Origin: Verrucomicrobiota bacterium
GTDB taxonomy: Bacteria > Verrucomicrobiota > Verrucomicrobiia > Opitutales > Coraliomargaritaceae
NCBI GenBank assembly: GCA_039815375.1
Contig: JBCBZJ010000006.1
Coordinates: 32,001-96,000, forward strand
Length of the DNA: 64,000 nt
Direction of reading: 5' to 3'
Shown here: one piece after another, positions 29,042 to 39,224 of the stretch
Numbering within the stretch: the stretch's first letter is position 1
Layout: each line of letters begins with the position of its first letter
Translations under genes and position numbers: made by a program
The notes under the pieces: model-generated
Databases searched by the model: none
What the model saw: the letters and a program-made list of their open reading frames with translations, nothing else
Told to the model about the DNA's origin: nothing

Positions 29042-31480
29042 ATGCGCTTTCTCAAACTTCCTTTCTTCGCAGCCTCTTTGCTGTCTTTCTCATTTGTGAG
29101 CCATGCACAGACCGCAAACGACCTGAACATGGGCTTGCAGGTTAGTCCCGGCTCAGTCAGTCAGAGCTTTACACTCTCATGGTTCGGCGAGTCCGGCTAC
29201 AGCTATTTTGTGCAAAATACGCCGGACCTTATGGCAGATTGGGGATGGTCGCCTGTGATTGAGAAGCCGACCACCGACGGTGCCATTCACTGGAATTTCA
29301 CCTCCGCCAATCCATCTTTTTTCTTTCGTCTGCAGAGGGTTAGCAATCCCGAAGGTAGTATGCTCTGGCGGATCGATTTTGATGGAGACGGCATGAATAA
29401 TGAGATCGAGTATGAGAGTTCCATACTTGACCCGTTTGTGGCCAACACAATTCCGGCCATCGCATTTTCGGTAGCCCCCGGCAATTACCCGACTGGTGGA
29501 ACCGTATCGATCAACACCGAGTCTGGACTCTATACCTATCTATATTACACAACCGATGGCAGTGAACCGACCATTTTTTCCGATACATTTGATGCAGCTT
29601 CACCGGTCAGCCTGTCGATGGATGCCGTCACGCAGATCAGAGCCAGGATCATCCTGCCCAATGGAAGCGAAGGCGCGGAAATTTCCGGCATTTACAAAAC
29701 AGGGGTAACGACCGGAACCGCACAGACGATCTACTACGGATGGCTGACGGCCACGAATAATTATGGCTACACAGACTCCACGGCCGATTTTGTTCCTCCT
29801 GTATCGAATACCTTCTTTCCAAAGAACTACATCACGATTGGAACCGGTTGGCTTTCTGGAAATAGTTTTATACCGGACACATCGGTTGCCTCACAAACCC
29901 TCTATTACGGACTAACCGCCGCTTACGCTGGAGGAATCTTTCGGATCGTCGAAGGCTACAGCACGGATAACAGTAGCTTTTATGATCCACGCCCAAATGG
30001 CACAGGCTATAACTATCGCGAAACAGGCAAGGGTTGGCTGACCGGCCACAATTCGATACAGGCTGATCTGAATGCAGCCTCGCAGGATATTTATCTCCAG
30101 AATATCTCTTTTTCAGCAAACGGGGAGCTATCGAATGTCTGGCTTTACACCACAGACGGCGGTTCAGCCACTTATGCTGGAAATAGCAGAACTTACGGGA
30201 TTGGCAAAGGCTGGATTACCGCACTTGAAACGATGATTCCCGACCAGACCTTGGCTGCTTCCGAAATCCGTCACTTTCTGGCCACCGCTCTGGGCAGCGG
30301 ATCGAACCGGATGGCAACTACCAACTATACATCCATAAGCGGCTATGGTCCTTTCGCGGACGTTAGTGTGCGTTTGGGGCAGGGCTGGCCAAGCGGCTCT
30401 GGAATGATTCCCGACAAAACTGTCATCCCGAGCGATATTTATTATGGAGGTAAAGTCTTTAATGGTGGTGTTTCCCGTCGGGTTCATTCCACCGTTGAAA
30501 CTGACATTTATCCGAATAACGGCACCGCAACCTGGACCAACCGGAATTTTGCCAACTTTGGCCCGGTTTACATGACATCGGGCGATACTTACGAGCAGGC
30601 ATGGCGCACCATGCCGCAAAGTGTCTATCGTGGCACGGACATCATCTGGCCGAGCCTCAGCAGCCCGGAAACTAATTTTCTGACCTACGACACCGGAGAT
30701 TTGAACACATCCCCGGCTCCTGAATTTCTGGGTGTCGGCTGGATCGAGAGTAATGCATTCCTTGAATACGTGGACGATCAGGACGGGCTCGATCTGACCG
30801 AGGAAATCGCCATCGGCACCAACCCCAACAGCTCCGACACCGATGGCGACGGGCTGAAAGACGGCTTCGAGCACGCCAGCGCCAATCTCGACCCACTGGT
30901 GCCCAATGCGCTGACCGCTCAGGATTTCGACGGTGACGGTCTCAACTCACTCGAAGAAATGCTCTACCGGGGCAACCCCGACAGTGACGACAGCGATGGA
31001 GACAGCCTCAAGGATTGGGAGGAAGTTGACCTTGGTACAGCCCTGCACCTGACCGACACAGACCTTGATGGTGTGGACGATGGAGACGAACGGGCTTTGG
31101 GCACGGACGCACTTAACCGTGACACGGATGGAGACGGCCTCCTCGATGGTGACGAAGCCACCTATGGCACCAACCCGCTTGTTGCCGATGCCTACGAACG
31201 TGATGGAGACAGCAACGCGGACGGGCTTGACGATTCCATCGGTCTAGTCCTCGGCTATGGCCCTTACGTCGATGATGCCGATGGCGACGGCGTTCTCAAT
31301 GCAGTCGAGATCGCACAGGGCACCGACCCTTTTGCCGCCGATAGTGATGGAGACGGCACTAATGACAATGCAGATGCCTTCCCGCTCGATCCGAATCTTA
31401 GCAGCCTGCCCGTCGTCGGTGGAGATACCACGGCGCCGGTCATCATATTGGGCGCACCCCAAAACGCAGTTGCTCTGTAA
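29042..31480 (+). CDS. Secreted repeat protein: FN3-associated (CHB_HEX_C-like) domain, ~60-aa GxGW repeats, Ca-binding DxDGDG repeats
   Basis: Signal peptide; YYTTDGSEPT; many DTDGDGL.D..E motifs at 30770-31390. Confidence 0.85.
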   Translation: MRFLKLPFFAASLLSFSFVSHAQTANDLNMGLQVSPGSVSQSFTLSWFGESGYSYFVQNTPDLMADWGWSPVIEKPTTDGAIHWNFTSANPSFFFRLQRVSNPEGSMLWRIDFDGDGMNNEIEYESSILDPFVANTIPAIAFSVAPGNYPTGGTVSINTESGLYTYLYYTTDGSEPTIFSDTFDAASPVSLSMDAVTQIRARIILPNGSEGAEISGIYKTGVTTGTAQTIYYGWLTATNNYGYTDSTADFVPPVSNTFFPKNYITIGTGWLSGNSFIPDTSVASQTLYYGLTAAYAGGIFRIVEGYSTDNSSFYDPRPNGTGYNYRETGKGWLTGHNSIQADLNAASQDIYLQNISFSANGELSNVWLYTTDGGSATYAGNSRTYGIGKGWITALETMIPDQTLAASEIRHFLATALGSGSNRMATTNYTSISGYGPFADVSVRLGQGWPSGSGMIPDKTVIPSDIYYGGKVFNGGVSRRVHSTVETDIYPNNGTATWTNRNFANFGPVYMTSGDTYEQAWRTMPQSVYRGTDIIWPSLSSPETNFLTYDTGDLNTSPAPEFLGVGWIESNAFLEYVDDQDGLDLTEEIAIGTNPNSSDTDGDGLKDGFEHASANLDPLVPNALTAQDFDGDGLNSLEEMLYRGNPDSDDSDGDSLKDWEEVDLGTALHLTDTDLDGVDDGDERALGTDALNRDTDGDGLLDGDEATYGTNPLVADAYERDGDSNADGLDDSIGLVLGYGPYVDDADGDGVLNAVEIAQGTDPFAADSDGDGTNDNADAFPLDPNLSSLPVVGGDTTAPVIILGAPQNAVAL

Positions 31481-31503
31481 TATAATCTGATTTTTCAGTT
31501 TCC

Positions 31504-34500
31504 ATGTTTAAACAAGCCTTTCTTAGTTTTTCAGCACTCGCGTTGAGTGCCACCTTCGTGTGGTCGAATGACAGCAATCTGGCACACAATATTGATTCAG
31601 CCAAAGCCAAGCTTGAAGCCGACTGGACACCACCCGCACCCGAACAGAGTGCAACAGCGACACGCAAACGCCGCGCTCCGGCCGGTGTTCGGCATGGTAT
31701 CGCCACCCGCAGCTTGAGCGCTGCACCGCTGGACAAGGACATTACCGCTCTGTCCGCTTTTGCCGAGCCGATCCGTCCTTTGCCCGGCAGTTCCTCCGCA
31801 GCAGAAACCGCTGCCCTGTCCTCCGCACTCGGCGCCTATATAAACACGGCAGAGAGTGAGGTCATCGCCCCTCTGGCTCAATTTACCATAGACTATCCCG
31901 ATTCCCGCTGGACTCCGGGTATTTTGCTCAACCTCGGAACCATCAGCTACAACACAGGCTACTTTTCCAAAGCACTGGAGCACTGGTGGAATGCCTGGGA
32001 AGCGGCAAAGGATAAAAGCGATGCCGTGTCCGTCTCCATTGCCAATCAGGCCGTCGCGGAATATGCCAAGATGTGCGCCCGGATCGGACGGATGGACGAA
32101 TTGGCTCCACTTTTTGACGAACTGAAAAATCGGAAATTCACGGGCGATGCCGCCGTCAAGTTGAGCAGCGCACAGCAGGGTCTATGGGCAATGCAGAACA
32201 AACCGGGCATTTCGTTTCGCTGCGGGCCTTATGCGTTGGCCAACATCGTACCTATAATCGGCGGGGCTTCCGATGAACAGATCCACAGCTTTTTGGACAA
32301 TGTGCAGTCACCTGACACCGGCTTTTCACTCAGTGAGGTTGAAGCCATGTCCGGCGACCTGGGACTGGGCCTGATCAAAGCCAAACGGGAGCCCGGTTCG
32401 GCCATCATCCTTCCCGCAGTGGTGCACTGGAAGGTCGGCCATTACGGAGCCCTGACACGCGAGCTCAACGGCAAGTATCTTTTGGAAGATCCCACCTTCG
32501 GAAACCATACCTGGCTCAGCGCCGATGCGCTCGATGCCGAAGCGAGCGGCTTTTTCCTAATTCCCGCCCAAACCTTGCCTTCCAGCTGGAGTGTAGCGAG
32601 TGACGCCGAAGCATCGGTCATTTACGGTAAAGGCCACTCCGGAGCCGGCGGTGAAAATGAAACCGCGAAGTGCGATCACAAGAGCGGTGGTGACGACTGC
32701 GGATCGCTTGCGATGGCCCGCTACTCCTTTCACACCCTACTGGCTAGTTTAAGTATCAGTGATACGCCTGTCGGTTATACGCCTGCCTATGGCCCCGAAG
32801 TCCGTATCAACGTCACTTACAATCAGCGCGAGGAGGGCCAGCCCAGCGTCATGCTCCACAGTAATTTTTCGCAGAGGTGGGTTAGTAACTGGGTTTCGTA
32901 TTTGGTGGATAACACCAGCAGCCCCGGTGCCGACGTCACCCTCTACCAACGCGGCGGAGGCAATGAAGTGTTCACCGATTTTGATGCAGCTACGGATACT
33001 TACGGACTGGACGCGCAGAGTTCGTCCTACCTTGTCATGCTCACGGCCGATACCTACAAAAAGGTCTTTGCCGACGGCACCGAGCACTACTACGAGCACT
33101 ACATCGGCACGGTCGGCGCAAACCGCCGGGTCTTCCTTAGCCGCATCCGCGACCCGCAGGACAACGAAGTCACGATCGAATACGATAGCACCGTCACCAC
33201 CGGGGCACGGATCCAATACATCCACGATGCCACCGGGCTGACGACCGAGTTCTTCTACTCCCACCCCTGGAATGAGTTTCTGGTCACCTCGGTCGATGAC
33301 CCTTACGGACGCACCGCAACCTTCACGTATGGCAGTGTCAACGGTGCCGTCCGCCTGACCGATATTGAAGATGTCTATGGAATCGTCTCCAGCTTCGGCT
33401 ACAACGATGGCGACGGCATCACGCGCCTGACCACACCCTACGGCACCACTGTCTTTGAACTGAGTGATTTTAAGATCGGTGCAAGTTTCGACCTGATCCG
33501 CTACATCGAAGCCACCGATCCTTATGGTGACAAAGAGCGTATCGAATACAATTTGAGTGCCGCCCAAACAGGTTTTCCAAATGCGATCAATGAGCCTCTG
33601 CCCGATGCCAACCTCGTCGATTTCCAAATATCCGACAACGACGACCGCAACTCCTTCTTCTGGGACAAGCAGCAAATGAAATACGGCGCCGGGGACTACT
33701 CCAAAGCCCATTTGTATCACTGGCTGCAACCGACCACTGCGGACACCGCAACCAGCATTCTGGAAAGTGAGAAGCCGCCGCTTGAAGGCCGCATCTGGTA
33801 TAACTATCCTGGTCAGGACCCGGCAAAGCCTTTTATCCAGGGCGATTTGGACAAACCCTCCGTCGTGGCCCGTCTGGTCGAGGATGAAAACGGCACGGCA
33901 GTCACTCAGGCTTTCCAATACGAATACAACGACCTCGGAAACGTCACCAAAATGACTGATCCCGAAGGCCGCGAGACTACTATCGAATATGCCGGTAACG
34001 ATATCGACGTGCGCTATGTGAAGCAGTGGGTCGGCGGCACCACTTACGAAACCCTGGCCGAGTTCACCTACAACGGCAGTGATCCCGACCATCGCCCGCG
34101 CACCTTCGTGGATGCCGCGGGGAACACCACCACCTTCAGCTACCGCAGCACCGGTCAAATCGCCAGCATCACCAATGAGCTGAATGAAGTCATCACCTTC
34201 TCTTACGAGACCAATGTAAATAATAACGGTTACGGTAAAGTGCTGACCATCACGGGCGACGTGCCTGGTGGTAACATGACCTACACGTATGACAGCTTCG
34301 ACCGTATCCGCACCGCAACCGATTCTGAAGGCCATACCCTGACTTACGATTATGATGCGTTGGATCGCGTCACGACCATCACCTACCCCGATAGCTCTTA
34401 CGAGCAATTTGACTACGAGAACCACAGTCTGGTGGCTTCACGTGATCGTGAGGGCCGCTGGACACGCTACTTCCATGATGCGCTTATGCGTCCAGTCCTT

Positions 34501-36714
34501 GAACGCGATCCGCTGGGCCAGCTCACCCAATACGAGTGGTGCCGCTGCGGCGACATCCGCAAGCTGATCGATGGCGAGGGCAACATCACCGAGTGGATAC
34601 GGGATATTCAGGGGCGTGTTACTTCCAAGAAGTTCGCGGACGATACCACCACGGACTACCTTTACTATCCATGCTCCGGCCAGCTTCATACCATGACCGA
34701 CGCTCTCAGCCAAGTTGCGACACACCGCTACTTTGTGGACGGCAACCTTGCCGGGATTGACTACAGTGCAGCCAACACGCCCGACGAAAGTTTCACCTAC
34801 GAGACTTACTATGATCGCGTCGCTTCAATGATTGATGGAATCGGCACTACAGGCTTCGTCTATCACCCGAATGATGGCAGCACCGACGGCGCGGGTCTCC
34901 TTGCCCGGATCAACGGCCCCTTCGCCGACGATACCCTGAAATACGCCTACGACGGTCTTAACCGCCTCAAGAAACGTGAAATCGTCGATGATGCGACCTT
35001 TACCGCTGCGAGCTACAGCGAGGAATATGTTTTTGATGCACGGGGCCGCGTCGAAGATGTGATCAACAACCTCGGCACCTTCGATTACGTTTATGTCGGG
35101 CAGTCCAGCCGGACTGACTATGTCGATTATCCGAACGGCATGCAGACCGATTACACCTACACCAACGTAAGCGGCGATCATCTGATCCAGCAAATCCGGC
35201 ACCTGAATGGTGCCGGGACTCCGACGGTGATTTCGCAGTTCGACTACACCTATCGCCAGGACCGCAATATAGACACGTGGACGGCATCGCAGAATGGAGC
35301 GACCGCGAAGCAGTGGACTTTCGGCTATGACGATGCCCTGCGGCTCGCCACTGCAGTCCGCACCAATACCGGCACACAGGCCGTGCTCGAGCAGTTCACT
35401 TACGGCTACGACAAGGCCGGAAACCGCACCAGTGTCACCTCCGGCAGCACGAGCACCAGCTATCCGTCCAACAGCTTGAACCAGACCACTGCCGAGCAGG
35501 GCTTTGGTGAAACGGTCTTTAGCGGCACCTTGGATGAGCCTGCCCTGGTCACGGTCAACGGGCAGTCGGCTACCGTGATGTCCACGGGCGGCAACGCCCC
35601 TTACACCTTTGAAGCTCTGGTCGATCTGGCCGAAGGCAGTAACACCGTAACCATTGAAGCCACGGACGGCAACGGCAACGTCGCTACACAAAGCTACTCC
35701 GTCACCGCTGGCGGGGTGCAGAAGACCTTGGAGTATGATTTGAACGGGAACCTTCGTTATGAGAAGGACGCTAGCGGCACTGTGCTGCGAGAGTTCCAGT
35801 GGGATGCGAGGAATCGCTTGCTCACAATCCAGGAGAGTGCCGCCGGCTTCGAAACTAACGGCACCAAGTGTTTTAAGTTTGAGTATGACGGTTTCGACCG
35901 CAGAGTGCGTGTCGTGAAGGAAACTTACAGCGGCGCCACGTGGACGACCGACTCGGATAAGGTGTTTGTCTGGGACAACACACAGATTGCCCAGCGCCGT
36001 GCTTCCAACGGCTCGACCGTCGAACGCAGCTACTTTGCGAGTGGTTTTGATGAAGCAGGAAGCGATTACTTCTACACTCGCGACCATTTAGGCAGCATCC
36101 GCGAAGTCGTTGCCAGCGATGGGACCACCATTGAAGCTTCTTACGACTACTCGCCTTGGGGTGAGGTCACAAAGACCGGTGGCACTGGCGTAGAGAGCGA
36201 CTTCCTCTACACAGGACACTTTTACCACGACGAAAGTGACCTACACCTGACGCTCTATCGGGCTTACAATCCTGAGCTGGGCATGTGGCTCTCGCGTGAC
36301 CCCATCGCGGAGAACGGTGGAATTAACCTGTATGCTTATGTTAATAATAATCCAGCAAACTGGATTGATTTACTTGGCTTATCTAGCTCACGTTGCGGAT
36401 GGGAGAAGCCTGGACAAGGTAAAAGAAATAATGATGTCTTAAGTGATACTGCTAAAGATGCAGTAGTCGATTCAACAATTGGAAAAGTTGCTCCAGTAAT
36501 TGGTCCGGTTCTTAATTACTGGGATAAGCAATCTCAAATTCAGGGTAGAAATCGTGAACCAGGACAACGGGGGGGCGAAATTAATATTAATCTTGAAGAT
36601 CTGGTGCGTGACATCGTCACAGATACAGCATTACCGATTCCCGGAGCTTCTGGCTTCTTAGAAAGCCAAGATGCTGGTAACTGCGCTAAGAGAAGAGGAA
36701 ACCCAAGGAATTAA
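31504..36714 (+). CDS. RHS/YD-repeat protein with N-terminal C39-like peptidase, internal Ig-like domain and variable C-terminus
   Basis: Signal peptide; CGPYAL / VHWKVGHY / LEDP; YD repeats; RDHLGSIR, YSPWG, RAYNPELG.WLSRDPI...NLYAYV.NNP...DLLG core. Confidence 0.93.
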   Translation: MFKQAFLSFSALALSATFVWSNDSNLAHNIDSAKAKLEADWTPPAPEQSATATRKRRAPAGVRHGIATRSLSAAPLDKDITALSAFAEPIRPLPGSSSAAETAALSSALGAYINTAESEVIAPLAQFTIDYPDSRWTPGILLNLGTISYNTGYFSKALEHWWNAWEAAKDKSDAVSVSIANQAVAEYAKMCARIGRMDELAPLFDELKNRKFTGDAAVKLSSAQQGLWAMQNKPGISFRCGPYALANIVPIIGGASDEQIHSFLDNVQSPDTGFSLSEVEAMSGDLGLGLIKAKREPGSAIILPAVVHWKVGHYGALTRELNGKYLLEDPTFGNHTWLSADALDAEASGFFLIPAQTLPSSWSVASDAEASVIYGKGHSGAGGENETAKCDHKSGGDDCGSLAMARYSFHTLLASLSISDTPVGYTPAYGPEVRINVTYNQREEGQPSVMLHSNFSQRWVSNWVSYLVDNTSSPGADVTLYQRGGGNEVFTDFDAATDTYGLDAQSSSYLVMLTADTYKKVFADGTEHYYEHYIGTVGANRRVFLSRIRDPQDNEVTIEYDSTVTTGARIQYIHDATGLTTEFFYSHPWNEFLVTSVDDPYGRTATFTYGSVNGAVRLTDIEDVYGIVSSFGYNDGDGITRLTTPYGTTVFELSDFKIGASFDLIRYIEATDPYGDKERIEYNLSAAQTGFPNAINEPLPDANLVDFQISDNDDRNSFFWDKQQMKYGAGDYSKAHLYHWLQPTTADTATSILESEKPPLEGRIWYNYPGQDPAKPFIQGDLDKPSVVARLVEDENGTAVTQAFQYEYNDLGNVTKMTDPEGRETTIEYAGNDIDVRYVKQWVGGTTYETLAEFTYNGSDPDHRPRTFVDAAGNTTTFSYRSTGQIASITNELNEVITFSYETNVNNNGYGKVLTITGDVPGGNMTYTYDSFDRIRTATDSEGHTLTYDYDALDRVTTITYPDSSYEQFDYENHSLVASRDREGRWTRYFHDALMRPVLERDPLGQLTQYEWCRCGDIRKLIDGEGNITEWIRDIQGRVTSKKFADDTTTDYLYYPCSGQLHTMTDALSQVATHRYFVDGNLAGIDYSAANTPDESFTYETYYDRVASMIDGIGTTGFVYHPNDGSTDGAGLLARINGPFADDTLKYAYDGLNRLKKREIVDDATFTAASYSEEYVFDARGRVEDVINNLGTFDYVYVGQSSRTDYVDYPNGMQTDYTYTNVSGDHLIQQIRHLNGAGTPTVISQFDYTYRQDRNIDTWTASQNGATAKQWTFGYDDALRLATAVRTNTGTQAVLEQFTYGYDKAGNRTSVTSGSTSTSYPSNSLNQTTAEQGFGETVFSGTLDEPALVTVNGQSATVMSTGGNAPYTFEALVDLAEGSNTVTIEATDGNGNVATQSYSVTAGGVQKTLEYDLNGNLRYEKDASGTVLREFQWDARNRLLTIQESAAGFETNGTKCFKFEYDGFDRRVRVVKETYSGATWTTDSDKVFVWDNTQIAQRRASNGSTVERSYFASGFDEAGSDYFYTRDHLGSIREVVASDGTTIEASYDYSPWGEVTKTGGTGVESDFLYTGHFYHDESDLHLTLYRAYNPELGMWLSRDPIAENGGINLYAYVNNNPANWIDLLGLSSSRCGWEKPGQGKRNNDVLSDTAKDAVVDSTIGKVAPVIGPVLNYWDKQSQIQGRNREPGQRGGEININLEDLVRDIVTDTALPIPGASGFLESQDAGNCAKRRGNPRN

Positions 36715-36719
36715 AAACT

Positions 36720-36953
36720 ATGTCTAATCCTAAAATTATATGTCCGAAATGTGGTGCTGAGATGGTTGCCGGAGAAGTCACAATCAAGTCAAACATACGC
36801 CTTTTTTTCATTATTGGTCTATCTCAAATGTTTTTGATGTTCCGCGCTAAGAGCGAAAAAAAGGAGAAGAATATTTTGTGGCCCAGGACTACAAAAACAG
36901 CCCATTTATGTAAAGACTGCTCAACAGTTCTTATTGAGGATGTTGATGCTTAG
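36720..36953 (+). CDS. Zn-ribbon small protein, candidate immunity protein
   Basis: CPKCG.EM..G ... A.LC..C; 5 bp after the RHS stop; AT-rich. Confidence 0.7.
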   Translation: MSNPKIICPKCGAEMVAGEVTIKSNIRLFFIIGLSQMFLMFRAKSEKKEKNILWPRTTKTAHLCKDCSTVLIEDVDA

Positions 36954-37046
36954 GAGCTTTTCCCAATCCGATTGATGGCGTGTTAGTTTCAGGCTGCGTT
37001 CTCTTTCAGAGATTTCGGGGCTAATTCTTCAATTTTCACGAATAAT

Positions 37047-37808
37047 ATGAAATCTACTAAACTATTCGCAATAATTTCGATTTATTCAGCACTCAATCTC
37101 TCCTTCAACTTGTCAACCTATGCTAGTAGCATAATGTTCTCAGGTGTAATTGACTTCGTAAAAGACGATTCAAACATTTGGAATAGTGGAATTTTTGTAG
37201 GGGCGCCGATCTCCGGAACTATAACATACAATTCTCTAGCAAGTCCTAGAACCTTTTTAAACACGTCCAGATTGTATCGAGACGATGTCAATATAAGTGC
37301 TACATTTATTGTTGGGTCATCTACTTGGCGTCTTTCTAATCCGAATCTATTCGAGGTAATTGAAGTCAAGAATACGATTCCTGAAGATAGCTTTCAGCTA
37401 GACTCTGTTGGAACCAATCCAGATTTATTCCCTTCTTTCCTCGGTCAGTATAATTTTCAGTTTGGATTTGGAGAGACTGATAGATTCAAAGACATCTGGA
37501 GTAATCCAGAGTTACCTCGTGAGGATGGGGACGTTGATTTTTTGAATACAGAATTTATATCGGGGAATCTACAAAATGAAGGAGGGCTACAATTCGCTGC
37601 TTTTACTTTTCAGATTCCTAGTAACAGCATTCTGCTGTCGTCAGTTCCAGAGACTAAAAGCATAGCACTTGTTTTAGGAAATATAGCGTTAGTATTCACT
37701 CTCTTTTCAAGGAAAAGAAGACACAGGCCAACCACTAGCGAACGTTCAGACCGTATACTATTTGTTCATGCTATGTCATTGACTAGCTTTGCAATCCTAA
37801 ATAAATAA
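37047..37808 (+). CDS. PEP-CTERM-like surface protein
   Basis: Signal peptide; VPE + hydrophobic helix + RKRR near the C-terminus. Confidence 0.7.
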   Translation: MKSTKLFAIISIYSALNLSFNLSTYASSIMFSGVIDFVKDDSNIWNSGIFVGAPISGTITYNSLASPRTFLNTSRLYRDDVNISATFIVGSSTWRLSNPNLFEVIEVKNTIPEDSFQLDSVGTNPDLFPSFLGQYNFQFGFGETDRFKDIWSNPELPREDGDVDFLNTEFISGNLQNEGGLQFAAFTFQIPSNSILLSSVPETKSIALVLGNIALVFTLFSRKRRHRPTTSERSDRILFVHAMSLTSFAILNK

Positions 37809-37886
37809 AACATATATTACTTTGTAGGTGATAAAATTTTCGGACGCCTTCAATTGAGTTGCGATTTTTGGATAAGAGAAAATGAA

Positions 37887-38765
37887 ATGAGAAATCCTAC
37901 AAAGTTGGTAATATCGCACACTTGTGCATTCTTTCTCGCGTATTCTGGTTTGAATGCCGTAACAACGACTGATCCTGTTGGTTTTAGTTCAATCGTAGGC
38001 GATTCTGGAGGATATATTGTTTCAACTCCATTCGTGAAGAATGCTGTTTTCAGCGGGTCTGTTTCTGTTGATGGCACGACAGTCCTCTCTTTCGATAATA
38101 CAGTTCCTGACTTGAGCGGTGCGCACTATGTCCAAGTGACTTCTGGTGCGCTTTCAGGAACCATTATGGATATTGTTTCAAGCGATTCGAGCACAGTCAC
38201 TTTGGAGACTGTGCTGCCAATCGCTAGCGGTGATATAGTTTTGGTTCGCCCTCATTTCCTTATCGAAGATTTAGGCACGGAATTTACTAGCGGATCATCA
38301 GTTACACTTTACAATTCCGATGGAACACAAGCTGTCTCGACCTATCTGAATAATTTTCTTGGTATGGGCTGGGACGGTGAGCACACCTCCCCGATTTATC
38401 CTGGAGAGGGCTTCGTCCTCATTTCTACAGGGCCTTTTGAAATTATTTACTCCGGTGCAGTTTCAGTTGATCCAGTTCTCTATTATGGTTCAGGGGGCCT
38501 TGTGAATATTATTGGAGCGCTGAGTCCAAACGATGTTGATGCTACCGTTTTATTTGATGACCTCCCAGGATCTTCGACGATCTCAGTCTATTCGAATGGC
38601 AGTGGACTCTTAAACCCAACGGTGTATACAAAAGCACCTGATTTCCTTGGTGGAGCATGGAATCCGGATATTTCATTGATTGATTTTGGAGGCGATGCTG
38701 CGGTCGTGGTGATACCGTCTCAAGATACTCCAATCCCTATTCCGCCCACTATCGTGCTTGAGTAG
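37887..38765 (+). CDS. Secreted protein, TIGR02597-like Verrucomicrobia family
   Basis: Signal peptide then TTDPVGF; IYPGEGF motif. Confidence 0.65.
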   Translation: MRNPTKLVISHTCAFFLAYSGLNAVTTTDPVGFSSIVGDSGGYIVSTPFVKNAVFSGSVSVDGTTVLSFDNTVPDLSGAHYVQVTSGALSGTIMDIVSSDSSTVTLETVLPIASGDIVLVRPHFLIEDLGTEFTSGSSVTLYNSDGTQAVSTYLNNFLGMGWDGEHTSPIYPGEGFVLISTGPFEIIYSGAVSVDPVLYYGSGGLVNIIGALSPNDVDATVLFDDLPGSSTISVYSNGSGLLNPTVYTKAPDFLGGAWNPDISLIDFGGDAAVVVIPSQDTPIPIPPTIVLE

Positions 38766-38769
38766 ATGC

Positions 38770-39025
38770 AAAAATGCTGCCTCTGGTCCTGTGCTGAAGA
38801 ATCAGTTCAGAGCGCTTTCCATTGCTCAACGGCCCAACCTGGGACGTTCGGGTGGGTCTGGCGCGATTCCTCCATGAAGGCTCGTGCGCTGTTAAAATCT
38901 ACTAGGGATGGTCCCTACAGTAGACCAAATACCATCTTAGTGTAATGTGATAGGCTTCTTTTGTGCTGTCTTCCCGCTGATCCTGATAAGGCAATATCCT
39001 AGTGAGGAAAACTAAATGAAGCCAT
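38770..39025 (-). pseudogene. intI: Probable decayed 5' fragment of an integron integrase
   Basis: Manual translation across stops and frameshifts: MASFSFPH*..., TKEAYHITLRWYLVYCR, DFNSARAFMEES..GWAVEQWK, ALN*FF. From recollection this resembles the N-terminal extension of Opitutales IntI. Divergent from attI B, as intI genes usually are. Confidence 0.55.
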
Positions 39026-39224
39026 AAATCGCCAAAAATAAAATAGTCAAAAGATCAAATTAACGACAGCAATTTTACAAACGTTCGTATTAGTAAGGGC
39101 CAAAAACTTACGGACTGGATATTCATTTCATTGAGCGTTTAGCTAGCGCTGATAAACTGATCAATCTTGACGAACTAGGGGCAGGAGAGCTATCAAGCCC
39201 CTGTGAATGGCATCTGAATCATCT

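Noticed and set aside
32749..36087. Long antisense ORFs (558 and 420 aa) in the RHS gene
   Set aside because: Shadow ORFs from codon bias; no motifs.
28010..38765. RHS operon as one giant integron cassette
   Set aside because: No closing attC complementary to GTTAGTA was found; it has its own upstream region and lies between the arrays.
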